Source of the DNA: Candidatus Tayloriibacteriota bacterium | GTDB taxonomy: Bacteria; Patescibacteriota; Minisyncoccia; Phycocordibacterales; UBA10002 | Direction of reading: 5' to 3' | Length of the DNA: 64,000 bases | Assembly (NCBI GenBank): GCA_009694955.1 | Contig: SIBZ01000001.1 | Coordinates: forward strand, 63-64,062 | Shown here: positions 19,291 through 28,810 of the stretch, in pieces | Numbering within the stretch: the stretch's first letter is position 1 | How the letters are laid out: each line of letters opens with the position of its first letter | Translations under genes and position numbers: made by a program | Notes under the pieces: model-generated | Databases searched by the model: none | The model's input: the letters and a program-made list of their open reading frames with translations, nothing else | What the model was told of the DNA's origin: nothing

Positions 19291-20865
19291 TCAGCTATTT
19301 GTCAGCTGCTTAGGGCGATACTGGAGAGCTTCCATTAGGTCGTCCGTCGTAACGTCGTCGTGACCTTCAAGGTCGGCGACCGTGCGGGCGAGTTTGATAA
19401 GGCGGTGATACGAACGGGCGGAAAGGTCGTGTTTTTTGGCAGCAAGGTTGAGCGCTTTTTTGACGTCATCTGAAAGCGGAATCGCGGTGGCGATATCACG
19501 AGGGCCGACGTCGCTGTTGGTTTTAAACGGGAGTTTCAGTTTCTTATATCGCTCTTCAGCCTTTGCTCTCGCTTTCGCGACCTTGCTCCGCACCTGTTCG
19601 CTCGTCTCCTCGCTTCCCCGCCCCTCGGTCAGCTTCTCGTGTTCCACAACCGATACTTCGGTCCACAAATCAATGCGGTCTACGATGGGACCGGAGATTT
19701 TCCGCTTGTAGCGGTCAATCTGGTGCTGGGCGCAGGAACAAGTCTTTCCCTTTACTCCGTTATTTCCGCACGGGCACGGGTTCATCGCGGTGATGAGTGT
19801 AAAATGCGCAGGAAACTGCGCCGAGCCTTTTACACGCGCGATGGAGACAACGTGGTCTTCAAGCGGTTGGCGGAGCGCGTCAATAACTCGGCGGTCAAAC
19901 TCCGGGAATTCATCGAGAAAGAGCACACCACGGTGCGCGAGCGTGATTTCACCGGGCTTCGGTATGGCACCTCCGCCGACAAGCGCGATATATGAGGCGG
20001 TGTGATGCGGAGCACGCAGTGGCGGGTAGGTGATGAGAGGTTCTTGCAGTGCTCCGGCGACCGAATGAATGCCGGTGACTTCAAGTGCTTGCTCAATGTC
20101 GAGCGGGGGCAGTATAGAAATGAAGGCCTTGGCGAGCAGTGTCTTCCCCGTGCCGGGCGGTCCCCACATCGCGATGTTGTGTCCGCCCGCAGCCGCGATT
20201 TCAAGTCCGCGCTTCGCGGTTCTTTGCCCTTTCACGTCGGCAAAGTCCACTTGATAATCACGCGCACCCACCTCAAATTTTGTCAGTGGGAAAGGCTTCA
20301 TCTTCCGCTTCTGAATAAACGGCCGTTCGTCATCGGGAAGAATATCTTTTTCCGTGAGGTGTGCGGAAAGGTCCCAGAGATTTTTCACACCGTACACATC
20401 TATACCGTCAATCAGCGCCGCCTCCTTCGCGTTTTCAAGCGGGACATATACTTCTTTAAAACCGGAACGCTTTGCTTCACGGACAATCGGAAGCACGCCA
20501 TCTATTCCCTGTACCATTCCGTCAAGCGAAAGTTCTCCTACGAACAATTTTCCCTTCACGTCAGCAGGCAAGCACTTAGAGGCGATGAGATACCCGACTG
20601 CCATCGGGAGGTCGAAGCTCGGACCCTCCTTCTTGGTGTCGGCCGGAGCGAGCGAAATCACGATTTTATGATTCTTTTGTTTGGGAGATTTGAAACCGGT
20701 GTTTTTGATTGCCGCACTGATGCGGTCCTTCGCTTCCGCGACTGCTTTGTCGGGAAGTCCCACAATCGAAAACGCGTTGAGACCCTTCGACAGGTCAACT
20801 TCAACGCGTACCAGAGAAGTCTTTAAGAGATGGACTTGAACGGAACTGACGGTCGCGAAAGACAT
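19291..20865 (-). CDS. comM: YifB/ComM Mg-chelatase-like AAA+ ATPase
   Basis: IVGLPDKAVAEAKDRI, GPPGTGKT, RAPHHTAS, LFLDEFPEF, AMNPCPCG. Confidence 0.95.
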   Translation of the reverse strand: MSFATVSSVQVHLLKTSLVRVEVDLSKGLNAFSIVGLPDKAVAEAKDRISAAIKNTGFKSPKQKNHKIVISLAPADTKKEGPSFDLPMAVGYLIASKCLPADVKGKLFVGELSLDGMVQGIDGVLPIVREAKRSGFKEVYVPLENAKEAALIDGIDVYGVKNLWDLSAHLTEKDILPDDERPFIQKRKMKPFPLTKFEVGARDYQVDFADVKGQRTAKRGLEIAAAGGHNIAMWGPPGTGKTLLAKAFISILPPLDIEQALEVTGIHSVAGALQEPLITYPPLRAPHHTASYIALVGGGAIPKPGEITLAHRGVLFLDEFPEFDRRVIDALRQPLEDHVVSIARVKGSAQFPAHFTLITAMNPCPCGNNGVKGKTCSCAQHQIDRYKRKISGPIVDRIDLWTEVSVVEHEKLTEGRGSEETSEQVRSKVAKARAKAEERYKKLKLPFKTNSDVGPRDIATAIPLSDDVKKALNLAAKKHDLSARSYHRLIKLARTVADLEGHDDVTTDDLMEALQYRPKQLTNS

Positions 20866-20932
20866 AGGAGCTGAATTAAGAATTAGGAATTATGAACTAA
20901 GAATCAGAAGAGATGTCGTCTCCCCTTAATTC

Positions 20933-21289
20933 TTAATTCATATGTACCTTGCATGTCGTTGCCCCCGGGTTCGCTTCCAAGCGGTCAGTCTCGATTTCTT
21001 TTTTGCAGGTGACGCAGTGCCCGTAGTTCCCGTTCTCTATCCGTTCAAGCGCGTCGGAAATCTCACTGAGACGCGATTCGAGTTGTCGTACAATCGCGAC
21101 ATTGTCTTCAAACGACTCAAGTTTATCGGCTACCTCATCGCGGGAGGAGGGGCGTTCGTCGGTGTCCGCGACAGGCTCCCAGTCCTTCTTGTTATCAGGA
21201 TTACGGCGTGCGACAGTGCCGAGCTCTTTTTCGACAAGATCCTTTTCCGCGAGTAATTTTCTCTTGAATGTGGTGGTGTCTAGGGTCAT
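20933..21289 (-). CDS. TraR/DksA C4 zinc-finger protein
   Basis: ALERIENGNYGHCVTCKKEIETDRLEANPGATTC. Confidence 0.9.
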   Translation of the reverse strand: MTLDTTTFKRKLLAEKDLVEKELGTVARRNPDNKKDWEPVADTDERPSSRDEVADKLESFEDNVAIVRQLESRLSEISDALERIENGNYGHCVTCKKEIETDRLEANPGATTCKVHMN

Positions 21290-21379
21290 ATGAATAAGTA
21301 TACGAAGATACGATTTAAAGTCCAACGAATTGCTACGAATCAAACTCCCTTATTCGTTGCCATTTGTATATTCGTATAC

Positions 21380-22330
21380 CTAGCGAAGCTTCCCCCCTCC
21401 CGCCTTGCTCTGGAGCATCCGAAGCGTATCTTCGTTCGTGGTAAAGACCAGCGTCTGCTTATCCAGAAAAGCGTACAGAAATACGATAACACCCTGCGGG
21501 TCAAATGCTGCTCGGGCATCTTTGTTTCGGATAATAACGTCTTTAATAACAATGGTGTTTGAGAGGGCTTTCGCCGTGGTGCTCCCCACGTCATTAAGTA
21601 TCCCCCGGGAGGAAATGTTGAATAGCGGGCCGATATCGTCAAGGAGTGTCGGTTCCCATGCAAGCATTCCCGCAAACGCATTGTCGAACGATGTGACACC
21701 GAGCAAAAGGAATGTCTGTCCGCCTTTGAAACCGTGAATACCGAGGAGAGGTGTTGGCAAAAGCGCGCGGACAAGTGTGGGTGGCGCCTTTGTTTCGAGC
21801 CTGCCCAAAAGCTCCGTCGTCGTGAGCGGTACATCCCCTACCTTGAGTGGAACCGTTCGGACCTCGCTTTGAGGCACCGAGATAGACTGCACTGTTTCTT
21901 GAATAGCACCGATGACCCCCGCCCGCCCTTCCTTCCCCTGTAGTTCGACGCCTATCGCCTTTTGTGTTTCCTGAACAACAGGCGGGGTCTCTGGAGGAAC
22001 ATCTCCCCGCAAGAAATAAAAAGCTCCGACTCCGATGCTGGTGAGTACCAATATTCCCACAACCACCACCACGATAAGCTTCACGTTCCACCGCGTGCCG
22101 AGAGGAAGAGCGCCAGAGATGCTGAAGATTTTTACCGGCAGTGCGGGAGTGTTTCTCGGTTCCGGCTCCGGTTCGGCTTTTTTCTCGAGAGTCTTCTTCG
22201 CTTCTGCAATGACAATTGTCGCTTTGGACACCTCGGTCTTATGCATCAACTCTTCCACGTCGCTCTGGTACGTCCGAAGAGGCTTCAGGGCGTCCGAAGG
22301 TTTTGTCTCTGAAGAAGTTTCCGGTGGCAT
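21380..22330 (-). CDS. Single-TM hypothetical protein (CPR-type)
   Basis: LRTYQSDV N-terminal motif, one TM, AFAGMLAWEP and DVIIRNKDAR motifs. Confidence 0.75.
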   Translation of the reverse strand: MPPETSSETKPSDALKPLRTYQSDVEELMHKTEVSKATIVIAEAKKTLEKKAEPEPEPRNTPALPVKIFSISGALPLGTRWNVKLIVVVVVGILVLTSIGVGAFYFLRGDVPPETPPVVQETQKAIGVELQGKEGRAGVIGAIQETVQSISVPQSEVRTVPLKVGDVPLTTTELLGRLETKAPPTLVRALLPTPLLGIHGFKGGQTFLLLGVTSFDNAFAGMLAWEPTLLDDIGPLFNISSRGILNDVGSTTAKALSNTIVIKDVIIRNKDARAAFDPQGVIVFLYAFLDKQTLVFTTNEDTLRMLQSKAGGGKLR

Positions 22331-22373
22331 AGCTGTATTTTCGCAACAATTCGCTCACTAATCAAATTGAAAA

Positions 22374-22415
22374 GTAAACACCCCGCTTCGCCGACTGGCG
22401 AAGCGGGGTGTTTAC
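22374..22415 (-). terminator. Terminator-like hairpin after pnp
   Basis: gtaaacaccccgcttcgcc-gact-ggcgaagcggggtgtttac. Confidence 0.7.
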
Positions 22416-22422
22416 ACACTAT

Positions 22423-24549
22423 TTACACTCTCGGTTCGGGCTTCTTGATGAAGTTCGGGTCGGCATCTTTGATGGAGAGTTTGATGCGGCCGCGCTCGGC
22501 GTCAATTTCTTTGACGACGACCGGTACCTTGTCCCCTACTTTCAGCACGGCCTCTACACGGTCAATACGGAATGGCGCGATTTCGGATACGTGTACCATC
22601 CCATCGGTGTTGGCATTGAGCTCCACAAATGCGCCGAACTCGGCGATTTTTACCACGGTACCGATGAGTCGGTCCCCCGCTTTGAATTCATGCGTGAGTT
22701 CTTCTATCATCTTCGCCGCTTTGTCAGCGCTTCCCTCTTTGCCGGAAATGAATATCGTGCCGTCCTCTTCAATATCAATCGCGTCAACGCCGGTCTTTTC
22801 CTTGATACCGTTGATGGTCTTGCCCCCGCCACCAATAACAAGTCCGATTTGTTCCTTCTTGACCTTGACGATAATAATTTTCGGAGCAAGCGGTGAAATA
22901 TCCGGCCGAGGCGCGGAGATTTCACTTGTAATCACGTCCAAAATTTTATAACGAGCTTGTTTCGCTTTCTCAAACGCTTCGGTGAGAATCGGAAGCGGAA
23001 TGCCATTTACTTTCACGTCCATCTGTACGGCAGTGACTCCGGCTTTCGTGCCAGCAACTTTGAAGTCCATATCACCGTGATGGTCCTCGGGTCCCTGAAT
23101 GTCAGTGAGCACTTTGTATTCCTTCGGATTTCGCATCATTAAACCTGACGCGATGCCGGCTACAGGCGCGGTAATCGGAACTCCGCCGTCCATAAGGGCG
23201 AGGGTTGAACCACAGACGCTCCCCATTGACGTTGAGCCGTTTGAAGCAAGTGCTTCGGAAACGAGACGGATAGTATACGGGAATTTCTCCATTGCGGGGA
23301 TAACCGGAAGAAGCGCCTTTTCCGCAAGCGCGCCGTGTCCAATCATGCGGCGGTTCGTGGAACCGATACGTCCCGTTTCTCCGGTTGAGAACGGCGGGAA
23401 GTTGTAGTGGTGGAGGAAACGCTTCTTGGAGTCATGAATCTCCATGTTGTCTATGATTTGCGCGTCACCGGGACCACCGAGGGTCAATACCGAAAGCACG
23501 TGCGTCTGTCCGCGGTAGAATATACCGGTACCATGAAGCATCTTTGAGACGCCTCCCGCCTTCGCGAAGAGTGTCCGCACATCATCCATTCCGCGCCCGT
23601 CGGGACGGCGGTTATTGTCAATCGCTTCGTCGTGAATGAGATTGTTCACTTCGTCTTCAAAAAGGTTATCAAAGATGCTCGGTTTCTCGCCGGCAAAACG
23701 CTCCTTCGCGATAGCCATCCACTCACCTTTCAGTTCATAGATGCGGGCGTTCCCCGCTTGGCCAAAGACATATTCTTTCATGCGCGGAACAATCTTCTCC
23801 GCGAAGAGTTGTTTCAATGTCGCGGGAGTTTCGGGGAGCGTGACCACCTGCTTCTTCTTTCCGATTTCGGAGGTAATCTGTTTCTGCCATGTCTGCAATT
23901 TCTCAATTTCTTTGGACGCTTCTTCAAGCCCGGCGACAATGACGCTTTCCTGTATCTCCTTCCCTCCTACCTCAATCATATTGACGAGCCCGTCCTTTCC
24001 GCAGGCGACGAGGTCCATTTCAAATCCGGGATTCTCGGCACGGTCTTTATAAATCGGGTTGATGATGAGGTGATTCGTCTCGCGGAGTTTGCCGATGCGG
24101 ACAGCCGAAACTGGTCCGTCGAAGGGGATGTCGGACACGCCGAGTGCGAGAGAAGCGCCGATGACAGCGAGAATATCCGGATCGTCTTCATCAATAGAGA
24201 GAATCGTTATGACGACTTGCACGTCACGGCGCATACGCTGGTCAAACAGCGGACGGATGGTGCGGTCCACAATACGTCCCGAGAGTACCGCTTCGTCGGT
24301 CGGTCGTCCTTCACGGCGGAGAAAGCGTGAGCCGAGAATTTCTCCGGCGGCGTAAAAACGTTCCTCGTAATCAACGGTGAGCGGGAAGAAATCCATGTCC
24401 TTCTCGCCTTTTGACATCGTCGCGGTCACGAGCGCGGTTGTGTTGCCGTACTTCATAATGACCGACCCGTTTGCCTGGTCGGCAAGGTCGGTAAACTCGG
24501 CGGTCAATTTCTTTCCGCCGACTTCTATCGAAAACTCTTTCTTCGTCAT
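22423..24549 (-). CDS. pnp: Polyribonucleotide nucleotidyltransferase
   Basis: DFFPLTVDYEER, RRPDGR, HHYNFPPFSTGE, GDMDFKVAGT, KH and S1 domains; start MTKKEF. Confidence 0.97.
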   Translation of the reverse strand: MTKKEFSIEVGGKKLTAEFTDLADQANGSVIMKYGNTTALVTATMSKGEKDMDFFPLTVDYEERFYAAGEILGSRFLRREGRPTDEAVLSGRIVDRTIRPLFDQRMRRDVQVVITILSIDEDDPDILAVIGASLALGVSDIPFDGPVSAVRIGKLRETNHLIINPIYKDRAENPGFEMDLVACGKDGLVNMIEVGGKEIQESVIVAGLEEASKEIEKLQTWQKQITSEIGKKKQVVTLPETPATLKQLFAEKIVPRMKEYVFGQAGNARIYELKGEWMAIAKERFAGEKPSIFDNLFEDEVNNLIHDEAIDNNRRPDGRGMDDVRTLFAKAGGVSKMLHGTGIFYRGQTHVLSVLTLGGPGDAQIIDNMEIHDSKKRFLHHYNFPPFSTGETGRIGSTNRRMIGHGALAEKALLPVIPAMEKFPYTIRLVSEALASNGSTSMGSVCGSTLALMDGGVPITAPVAGIASGLMMRNPKEYKVLTDIQGPEDHHGDMDFKVAGTKAGVTAVQMDVKVNGIPLPILTEAFEKAKQARYKILDVITSEISAPRPDISPLAPKIIIVKVKKEQIGLVIGGGGKTINGIKEKTGVDAIDIEEDGTIFISGKEGSADKAAKMIEELTHEFKAGDRLIGTVVKIAEFGAFVELNANTDGMVHVSEIAPFRIDRVEAVLKVGDKVPVVVKEIDAERGRIKLSIKDADPNFIKKPEPRV

Positions 24550-24567
24550 ACGCGGATTTCCCTTCTT

Positions 24568-24606
24568 CCTCCTCCCATCTTTAGAGGGGAGGATTGAGGT
24601 GGGGTG
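24568..24606. repeat. CCTCCCC...GGGGAGG palindromic repeat family member
   Basis: cctcctcccatctttagaggggaggattgaggtggggt; near reverse complement of 56434-56473; relative at ~51900-51945. Confidence 0.65.
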
Positions 24607-24761
24607 GAGTTGTTCTCTGAAATGAAGACTTGAACCACTGTTCAAATCTCTGTTTCCAGAGACCAACCGTTACTGATAAGTACAAGCAGTCTAGCAGAAA
24701 ACTCTCAGTTTTTATATTTGACAAATCAATCTAAATATGTGAAAACAATACCGATTGTTCT

Positions 24762-25082
24762 ATGAAAAACACCTTTTCGCCTGTCGTCTGGTTTTTTGCC
24801 AGTCTATACCTCATTTTTTCCTGCGTGTACTATGTAAGTCCTTTTTTAGGAACAGTACTGGTATTCGTATTCGCAATCCAATCAAAGGTTTTCCCGCAAC
24901 CTTTCAAATTAGGATTTGGTTTCGGTTGCGCAAGCGGACATGGCTGTGCAATTCTGCTTACTTTTTTCCCGACATTCTATTCACTTTCAGGATTCCATTC
25001 CCTTTTTCTGTTAGTGATCCTGTTCGGGACAATGACGTTCATTTCTCTCTTCTTCTTTCTGAAAATTGCGAATGAACCGTAA
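24762..25082 (+). CDS. Small hydrophobic membrane protein
   Basis: 106 aa, Phe/Leu-rich; TTGACA promoter-like sequence at 24718. Confidence 0.5.
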   Translation: MKNTFSPVVWFFASLYLIFSCVYYVSPFLGTVLVFVFAIQSKVFPQPFKLGFGFGCASGHGCAILLTFFPTFYSLSGFHSLFLLVILFGTMTFISLFFFLKIANEP

Positions 25083-25165
25083 GTCCCCATTTCAAAGGCG
25101 AAGGCTCACCCCTTCGCCTTTTTTCTTTACCTAAAAGCTACCAACTACGATATAAGGACTTTCCT

Positions 25166-25678
25166 CTACCTCCTGCTCCCAAGGAGATATTTTCTGGGAT
25201 TTTCGTCCAAGTCGAGGAAGTCGTCGCAGACTTCAAGCAGCTTCGCTGATGTTGATTTGCCGAAAGCGGCCACTTCCACCTGGCATCCCTGCATCTTAAG
25301 ATATTCCGCAAGCGGGACGAAGTCCCCATCTCCGGCGACAATGACCACGACGTCCAATTTTGGGGCGAGTTTAACCGCATCAATCGCAATTCCAACGTCC
25401 CAATCGGCCTTTTTAGCCCCACTGCCGAAGATTTGAAGCGGTTTTGACTTGGTTTCAATGCCGACTTTCTCCAAAGCCTCAAAAAACCCTTTCTCTTCAC
25501 CACCTTCCGTCGTAATAAGGTATGCAATAGCGCGGACGAGTATGCGGTCAGACACCACGTCTTTCAGGACCTGGCCGAAGTTTACGTTCGCATGATAGAG
25601 ATTTTTGGCACTATGATAAAGGTTCTGCGTATCAATAAAAACACCAACACGTTGCTCGGCATGTTTAATAATTGCCAT
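25166..25678 (-). CDS. NYN/LabA (DUF88) domain protein
   Basis: VFIDTQNLY, KADWDVGIAIDA, AGDGDFVPL. Confidence 0.92.
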   Translation of the reverse strand: MAIIKHAEQRVGVFIDTQNLYHSAKNLYHANVNFGQVLKDVVSDRILVRAIAYLITTEGGEEKGFFEALEKVGIETKSKPLQIFGSGAKKADWDVGIAIDAVKLAPKLDVVVIVAGDGDFVPLAEYLKMQGCQVEVAAFGKSTSAKLLEVCDDFLDLDENPRKYLLGSRR

Positions 25679-25794
25679 AAAAGTAGATATTTCCTACATC
25701 TCTTATGTTGAGAGACGGGGATTTATAAAAAAGAGGAGTTAGTAATAACTTATAAAAACAGTTCATGAATCCTCGGTTCATGAACAACGAGAAA

Positions 25795-26061
25795 CTATTT
25801 CTTCAACTCCAGCTTCTTAATGAGAGCATTATACCGTCTCGTGCTCTTCTTTTGAAGATAACGGAGATGTGTTTGCCTGTCCGCAACCATCGAGAGGAGA
25901 CCTCGGCGAGAATGCACATCCTTCTTGTGTTCTTTCAAATGTTTTGAGAGTTCGTCAATTCGCTTGGTGAGTACGGCAACCTGAACTTCCGGAGAGCCGG
26001 TGTCCTTGTCGTGCATCGCAACCTCTTTGATGATTTTCTGCTTGCGTGTTTTCGTTAACAT
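25795..26061 (-). CDS. rpsO: 30S ribosomal protein S15
   Basis: DTGSPEVQVAVLT, HKKDVHSRRGL. Confidence 0.98.
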   Translation of the reverse strand: MLTKTRKQKIIKEVAMHDKDTGSPEVQVAVLTKRIDELSKHLKEHKKDVHSRRGLLSMVADRQTHLRYLQKKSTRRYNALIKKLELKK

Positions 26062-26225
26062 AGGAAGTAGAATAGCATAGAAAGCTTAGAAATGCAACTG
26101 TTTTTTGGAGCCATACTTGCACACTCACATCTTTTACCAAACAGGTAAAGCGTATTTTTGTGCCATCAGCGTCCGCTGTACCCCAAAAAAGCTAGTAGGC
26201 AGGCCTTTTCTCCAGGCGTCCTTTA

Positions 26226-26283
26226 TAAAGGACAGTTATCCACAGATATGTCCTTTACGTTGTCCTTTAGCACAGCGTATAAT
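26226..26283 (+). promoter_or_regulatory. TAAAGGACA/TGTCCTTTA repeat cluster with a perfect DnaA box and TATAAT -10
   Basis: taaaggaca-gTTATCCACA-gatatgtccttta-cgt-tgtcctttag...TATAAT(26278). Confidence 0.6.
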
Positions 26284-26289
26284 ACTCAG

Positions 26290-26625
26290 CAGTCGGGGGA
26301 ATGCTTAGATTGCATTGTCCTGAAAAAATGAGCGGAGGGGCCTGTTCACACATCTTGTCTCGAGGTAAAGACTTCGGCCGAAGTTTGTGAACAGGCTCAA
26401 TCTGCTTGCGGTTCTTTGAAAGAAGATTAAAACTCTCTCTTTTTCGGAGGAAAATTCGACAAGCTAAATTCTTGGGAAATATTTTCACAAATTTCTTTAT
26501 TTCAGGAATTATCTTCCCAAGCTAGCGATTCTCAGTCTTTTCTCTCCGATTCTCCTTATGCCGGTCTGATTCCTTCAGACTTAGGCTAAGCCGCCCCTCA
26601 TAGGTTAACCTTCTTTCAAGCAACT
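26290..26625 (+). ncRNA. Candidate large structured ncRNA
   Basis: No credible ORF; promoter upstream and terminator downstream; multiple long stems and a crossing 15-bp helix. Confidence 0.5.
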
Positions 26626-26626
26626 A

Positions 26627-26660
26627 AAGAAGGCCGCCCTATTCGGGCGGCTTTCTTTTT
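26627..26660 (+). terminator. Intrinsic terminator, possibly bidirectional
   Basis: aagaaggccgccc-tattc-gggcggctttctttt. Confidence 0.8.
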
Positions 26661-26707
26661 GTTTTCTTTTCTTCCTAAAAGCTAGAAGCTGTCAGCTAAA
26701 AGCTTCT

Positions 26708-28192
26708 TCATTTCACCCAATGCTTCTTCCTGATTTCCGTAAGCGTCTTCTCCTCTTCTTTTTCTTTTGTCTGTTTGGCTTTTGCTCCGATAGCCTCAAG
26801 CTCTTTGTCCGGCAAAGCGGTGAGCTCTAGAGCCCTCTTTTCAAGATAGTCTGTCGTATTTTTGGTCGGGTCGTCGAGAACTTCTTCAAGTAATGCGTGC
26901 AGTATTTGACCGATTTTGGGTCCCGGAATCAGTTTTGTGATCTCGATAATTCTCCCCCCGTTAATTTTGAGCATTCCGACCGAGAGCGGGTCCCGCATTA
27001 CCTCGTCAACCATAGAATGGTACTTTCTGAGACGGTACGGGCTCTCCTTCGGCCTGCCGGTGCCAATACGGTCACAGGTACGGACGTCCATAAGGTGCCA
27101 GATATGCTCCTTGCCTACCCTATTTACAATCCGGCGCACCGCCGAATGCGTAATTTGTTCCGTATCTGAAAAGAACATATGCCAGCGGACAAGCGTCGTC
27201 ACGGTTTCTATCGTCTTTTTCGGGAATGCGAGGCGCGCCATAATCTTCGCGGTCATTTTGGCACCGACGACGTCGTGGCCGTAGAACGTCCAATCCTTCT
27301 TTTCTTCGGACCACCTCCGTGTTGCGGGTTTCCCGATGTCGTGGAACAGTGCCGAGAGGCGTGTTTCAAGTGAAAAGTCTTTTTTCGCCGAATGCTCAAC
27401 GGTCCGCAAGATATGTTCAAACACATCAAAAGAATGCGCCTTGTTCTGAGCTACGCCTATTCCCTCCTCAAATTCCGGAGCGATATGCTTTAAGAGTCCA
27501 AGTTTTTGGCTAAGAATAAGGCCAATATGCGGTTTTGGGGACATAATAATACGGATGAACTCTTCGCGTATCCGTTCGGAGGCAATCTCTTTCAGGTGTT
27601 TTGCGTTTTCTGCTATGGCTTCCTGTGTCGCGGAGTCGATTGTGAAGTCGAGTTCTACGGCGATACGGATAGCTCGGAGCATACGAAGCGCATCCTCGCT
27701 AAAGCGGGCCTTTGGGTCTCCAACTGTCCGAACTGTCTTTTTCTTCAAATCGGTGCGACCCTCGTAGATATCCACAATGTCTCCAGACAAAGCAAGTGCG
27801 ATAGCGTTAATCGTGAAATCGCGCCGTTTCAGGTCGTCTTCAAGTTTCGAGCTCCATGTAACCGAGTCCGGACGGCGTTTGTCCGTATAGCCACCTTCAA
27901 GACGATAAGGAGTCACTTCAACCACCTTGAGCGTCTCATCCTCTACCCCATCGTTAACTACACCGACGGTCCCGTACTCATTTTCATAGAATGTATTGGG
28001 GAATAAGGCTGAAATTTGCTCAGGTATCGCGTTAGTGGTGATATCCCAATCCTTCGGCTTGCGTCCAAGGAGCATATCGCGGACGCATCCGCCGATAAGG
28101 TGTGCCTCAAAACCCTTGTCTTCCAAGGCTTTTGCAACACGTGCCACTTCGGGAGGAATCGCAAATTTTGTCGTATTTTCGGCCTTTTTCAC
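26708..28192 (-). CDS. cca: CCA tRNA nucleotidyltransferase with HD domain
   Basis: GGCVRD, DWDITT, RRDFTINA, EDALRMLRA, LFHDIGKP. Confidence 0.93.
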   Translation of the reverse strand: MKKAENTTKFAIPPEVARVAKALEDKGFEAHLIGGCVRDMLLGRKPKDWDITTNAIPEQISALFPNTFYENEYGTVGVVNDGVEDETLKVVEVTPYRLEGGYTDKRRPDSVTWSSKLEDDLKRRDFTINAIALALSGDIVDIYEGRTDLKKKTVRTVGDPKARFSEDALRMLRAIRIAVELDFTIDSATQEAIAENAKHLKEIASERIREEFIRIIMSPKPHIGLILSQKLGLLKHIAPEFEEGIGVAQNKAHSFDVFEHILRTVEHSAKKDFSLETRLSALFHDIGKPATRRWSEEKKDWTFYGHDVVGAKMTAKIMARLAFPKKTIETVTTLVRWHMFFSDTEQITHSAVRRIVNRVGKEHIWHLMDVRTCDRIGTGRPKESPYRLRKYHSMVDEVMRDPLSVGMLKINGGRIIEITKLIPGPKIGQILHALLEEVLDDPTKNTTDYLEKRALELTALPDKELEAIGAKAKQTKEKEEEKTLTEIRKKHWVK

Positions 28193-28368
28193 CTCAATAT
28201 TGTAGTATTTCTTTTGAATTTCGCCTAATCTAGCGTATTATTTCGTCTAGCGAGGATCGCCGCCCAAACTTCTTAGTTTGCATGGCGTCCGACCTGCCCG
28301 CCATGGGCTTTGGCAGGCGGGGCGAAGATGAAATATAAGGGTTTAATACCGCTTTTATTTCAGACACC

Positions 28369-28432
28369 GCTTTCGTGGTGAAATGGACCCCAGTAGCACT
28401 ACAAAGCATAGCTACGGGGTGCGTATCACACC
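28369..28432 (+). pseudogene. tRNA 5'-half remnant interrupted in the D-loop by a palindromic element
   Basis: GCTTTCG-TG-GTGA-AATGGA-[ccccagtagc...gctacggggtgcg]-TATCAC, parallel to the tRNA-Arg 5' half just downstream. Confidence 0.5.
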
Positions 28433-28435
28433 GAC

Positions 28436-28507
28436 GCGCCTATGGTGAAATGGATATCATACCTGCCTTCGAAGCAGATGTTCCAGGTTCGAATCCTGGT
28501 AGGCGCA
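28436..28507 (+). tRNA. tRNA-Arg(TCG)
   Basis: GCGCCTA/TAGGCGC acceptor stem, anticodon loop CT-TCG-AA, T-loop TTCGAAT; CCA not encoded. Confidence 0.9.
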
Positions 28508-28636
28508 AAGTGACTAAGGAAGCACGGGGTGCTTCCGTCCAGAATTCGAAGCCCAATTGAGCATTTTTTGAGGCTTTTGCGAGAAAAAGGCCAATCGGGG
28601 TACTGAAGCTGTAAGCTTCGAATCCTGGTAGGCGCA
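28508..28636 (+). mobile_element. tRNA-trailing structured element, copy A
   Basis: Ends with a 20-bp direct repeat of the tRNA 3' end (28617-28636); contains a degenerate antisense copy and conserved stems; mobility is inferred. Confidence 0.65.
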
Positions 28637-28736
28637 TAAAACGAAGAAGGAAACATCTCAATTTTGCGTAAACACCGATTTCTGCTATCCTGTTCTCTGT
28701 TGTTAGCTGTAGGTCGTGCATTGTTAGTTAGCGTCT

Positions 28737-28810
28737 GCGGGTATGGTTTAGTGGTAGAACACGTCCTTGCCAAGGACGGGATTCGGGTTCGATTCCCGGT
28801 ACCCGCACCA
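28737..28810 (+). tRNA. tRNA-Gly(GCC)
   Basis: GCGGGTA/TACCCGC acceptor stem, cgtcc-TTGCCAA-ggacg, encoded CCA. Confidence 0.95.

Noticed and set aside
26445-26460. RNase P RNA (GAGGAAAAUUCG resembles GAGGAAAGUCC)
   Set aside because: The match is imperfect and I find no complementary 3' P4 strand; kept only as an unknown ncRNA candidate.
28600-28636. Additional tRNA genes at the duplicated 3' ends (also 28943, 49244)
   Set aside because: No acceptor 5' strand, D arm or anticodon arm precedes them.
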